A stretch of DNA of 63,014 nt, filler included, from Thraustochytrium aureum (taxonomy: Eukaryota), in assembly GCA_012862495.1 (NCBI GenBank). It is 6 parts of one record of this genome, joined end to end, with 100 filler letters (N's around TTAATTAATTAA, not from the genome) between each part and the next. Parts side by side here need not be neighbours in the genome. Positions count along the whole stretch, not along the records: positions 61,071 to 63,014 come from BLSG01000029.1; 5 more parts are not named here. One strand, written 5' to 3'. Shown here piece after piece: positions 61,806-63,014 of this stretch. Both the position numbers and the translations under genes were made by a program. The number at the start of each line of letters is the position of its first letter. The stretch's first letter is position 1. The notes under the pieces were generated by a model, which ran no database searches, was not told where the DNA came from, and saw nothing but the letters and a program-made list of their open reading frames with translations.

Positions 61806-62120
61806 CGGAGGCGTTGGGGGTCTGTCTGTCTGTCTCCTGCATGCCTCGCGCTCCTTCGCGGCTGACAAACGTTGTCGATGTTTGTACACCACACAGATGG
61901 TAGCTTCCGAATAAAACGGATATTACAGATCTATCTACATGGTATGTTTCCGTTTGTGTCTATTGTTTCCGGTGTAGACGGCAAAACAATTGCCGTGTAA
62001 AACGGAGTGTTGGCTGGGCTTTGGATGTTTCCGTAGTTGATGGATTAGTTTGTAGATAACGGTAAGCTGTTGTTTTGTTGCAACGGCCATTTTTGGGCCC
62101 AATCAGTGAGAGTTACTTGA

Positions 62121-62175
62121 CCATCCATCGATCCATCCATCCATCCATCCATCCAGGCACACGCATCCATCCAGG
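62121..62175. repeat. (ATCC)n microsatellite
   Basis: Direct reading. Confidence 0.75.
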
Positions 62176-62408
62176 CACACGCAGCCACCCGGGAGGCACC
62201 CGGGCAGGCATCCAAGCAGCCATCACGCTGCCGTCCTGCCGTATTGCCAAGGGCAGCGGGCGCCCGTGGACGAGTCGGTCTGCGGCCAGCTGGTGCTGGA
62301 CGCTGTGCTCGAAGAAATGAGTGAAGACCACGCAGACTGCACTGCGTGCACGCCGCGGGCGGCGCTTGGCAGGCCAAGGCGTACTCGCAAGGGCTAGTGT
62401 CCGAGATC

Positions 62409-63014
62409 ATGAAGGAGTTTTGACCGCGCGCTGATGAAGAAAGTGCGAAAGGACTTTGATAAATACGGCGACGGCGAGGTGGACCTCGAGCAGTTTGTCA
62501 GCATCATGCAAAAGCACTTGCCACGGCTCGCAGAGCGCGACCTCTGCGAGCTGTTCCTCGAGATTGACGTGAACGGGGACGGGACGATGGAGTGGGACGA
62601 GCTCACCGCGTTTTTCGTGGAGAAGAGCTCGGTGTACGAAGAGAGCAAGCGCGACGAGTTCCTCGTGCCGTTTCGGCACGTTGAGGAGCGCGAGCTGCAC
62701 ACGATGCAGGACGAGAACGAAATACGCAAGGTCCAGTACATCGAGCAGCTGGATACCTTGGTGATCCTGAAGAATCACTCGCGGACGATCCGGCTCTGCG
62801 ACGCAAGGGACCCGTCCAGCGAGCTCGGGCGGCTCGCGGGGTACGCGGGCTTTCCGATCTGCGCCGAATACATCCCCAAGGCGCAGCAAGCCGAATCGCG
62901 AGTCGTAGCTGGCCAGCTTGTGACCTCGTGCTCAAACCTGACGCTCAACCTGTGGCAGCTCGCGCCAGGCGAGCACCAGGTTCTCGGTCCAGTCGTGCTG
63001 GCCGGTCCCACACG
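62409..63014 (+). CDS. EF-hand plus WD40-like protein (WDR49/EFCAB8-type), runs off window; true start may lie upstream; frameshift at TTTT 62418-62421
   Basis: FDKYGDGEVDLEQFV and LFLEIDVNGDGTMEWDELTAF EF-hands, followed by beta-strand repeats (LVTSCSNLTLNLWQL); absent from the ORF track because there is no stop. Confidence 0.8.

Noticed and set aside
61548..61914. Poly-QD / poly-SW / poly-LV ORFs
   Set aside because: Translations of a hexamer microsatellite, with no coding support

Overview
Eukaryotic, GC-rich, gene-dense and intron-poor nuclear DNA from a flagellated protist. Gene content and style suggest a heterotrophic stramenopile such as a thraustochytrid/labyrinthulomycete, but this is inference only. 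The window is not one contiguous locus: five N-TTAATTAATTAA-N linkers join six scaffolds (about 1-22878, 22979-41360, 41461-52261, 52362-59052, 59152-60970, 61071-63014), and there are many internal N gaps. About 30 protein genes are readable. They include LMBR1-like, an animal-type transglutaminase homologue, NOL8-like, PBG deaminase, an LRR protein, RTF1, an SLC25A38-like carrier, a secreted RxL-rich Cys-rich protein, a PDI-like gene missed by the ORF track, a TPT-family transporter, MED4, SKI3/TTC37, CFAP45, EFL1, TMEM107, a TUL1-like E3 ligase, ClpP, IFT56, eIF4E, an ankyrin protein, a 7TM-RGS protein and an EF-hand/WD40 protein. Many genes carry single-base frameshifts, most likely sequencing indels. 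The best leads are a myristoylated pseudo-transglutaminase reminiscent of protein 4.2, a signal-anchored PBG deaminase near a mitochondrial glycine carrier, an RxLR-EE/RxL polyprotein, a 7TM-RGS protein, and several structured repeats (a 67-bp higher-order satellite, a 74-bp hairpin repeat and CTAGCTAGAG palindromes). No rRNA, tRNA, CRISPR array or transposase was seen.
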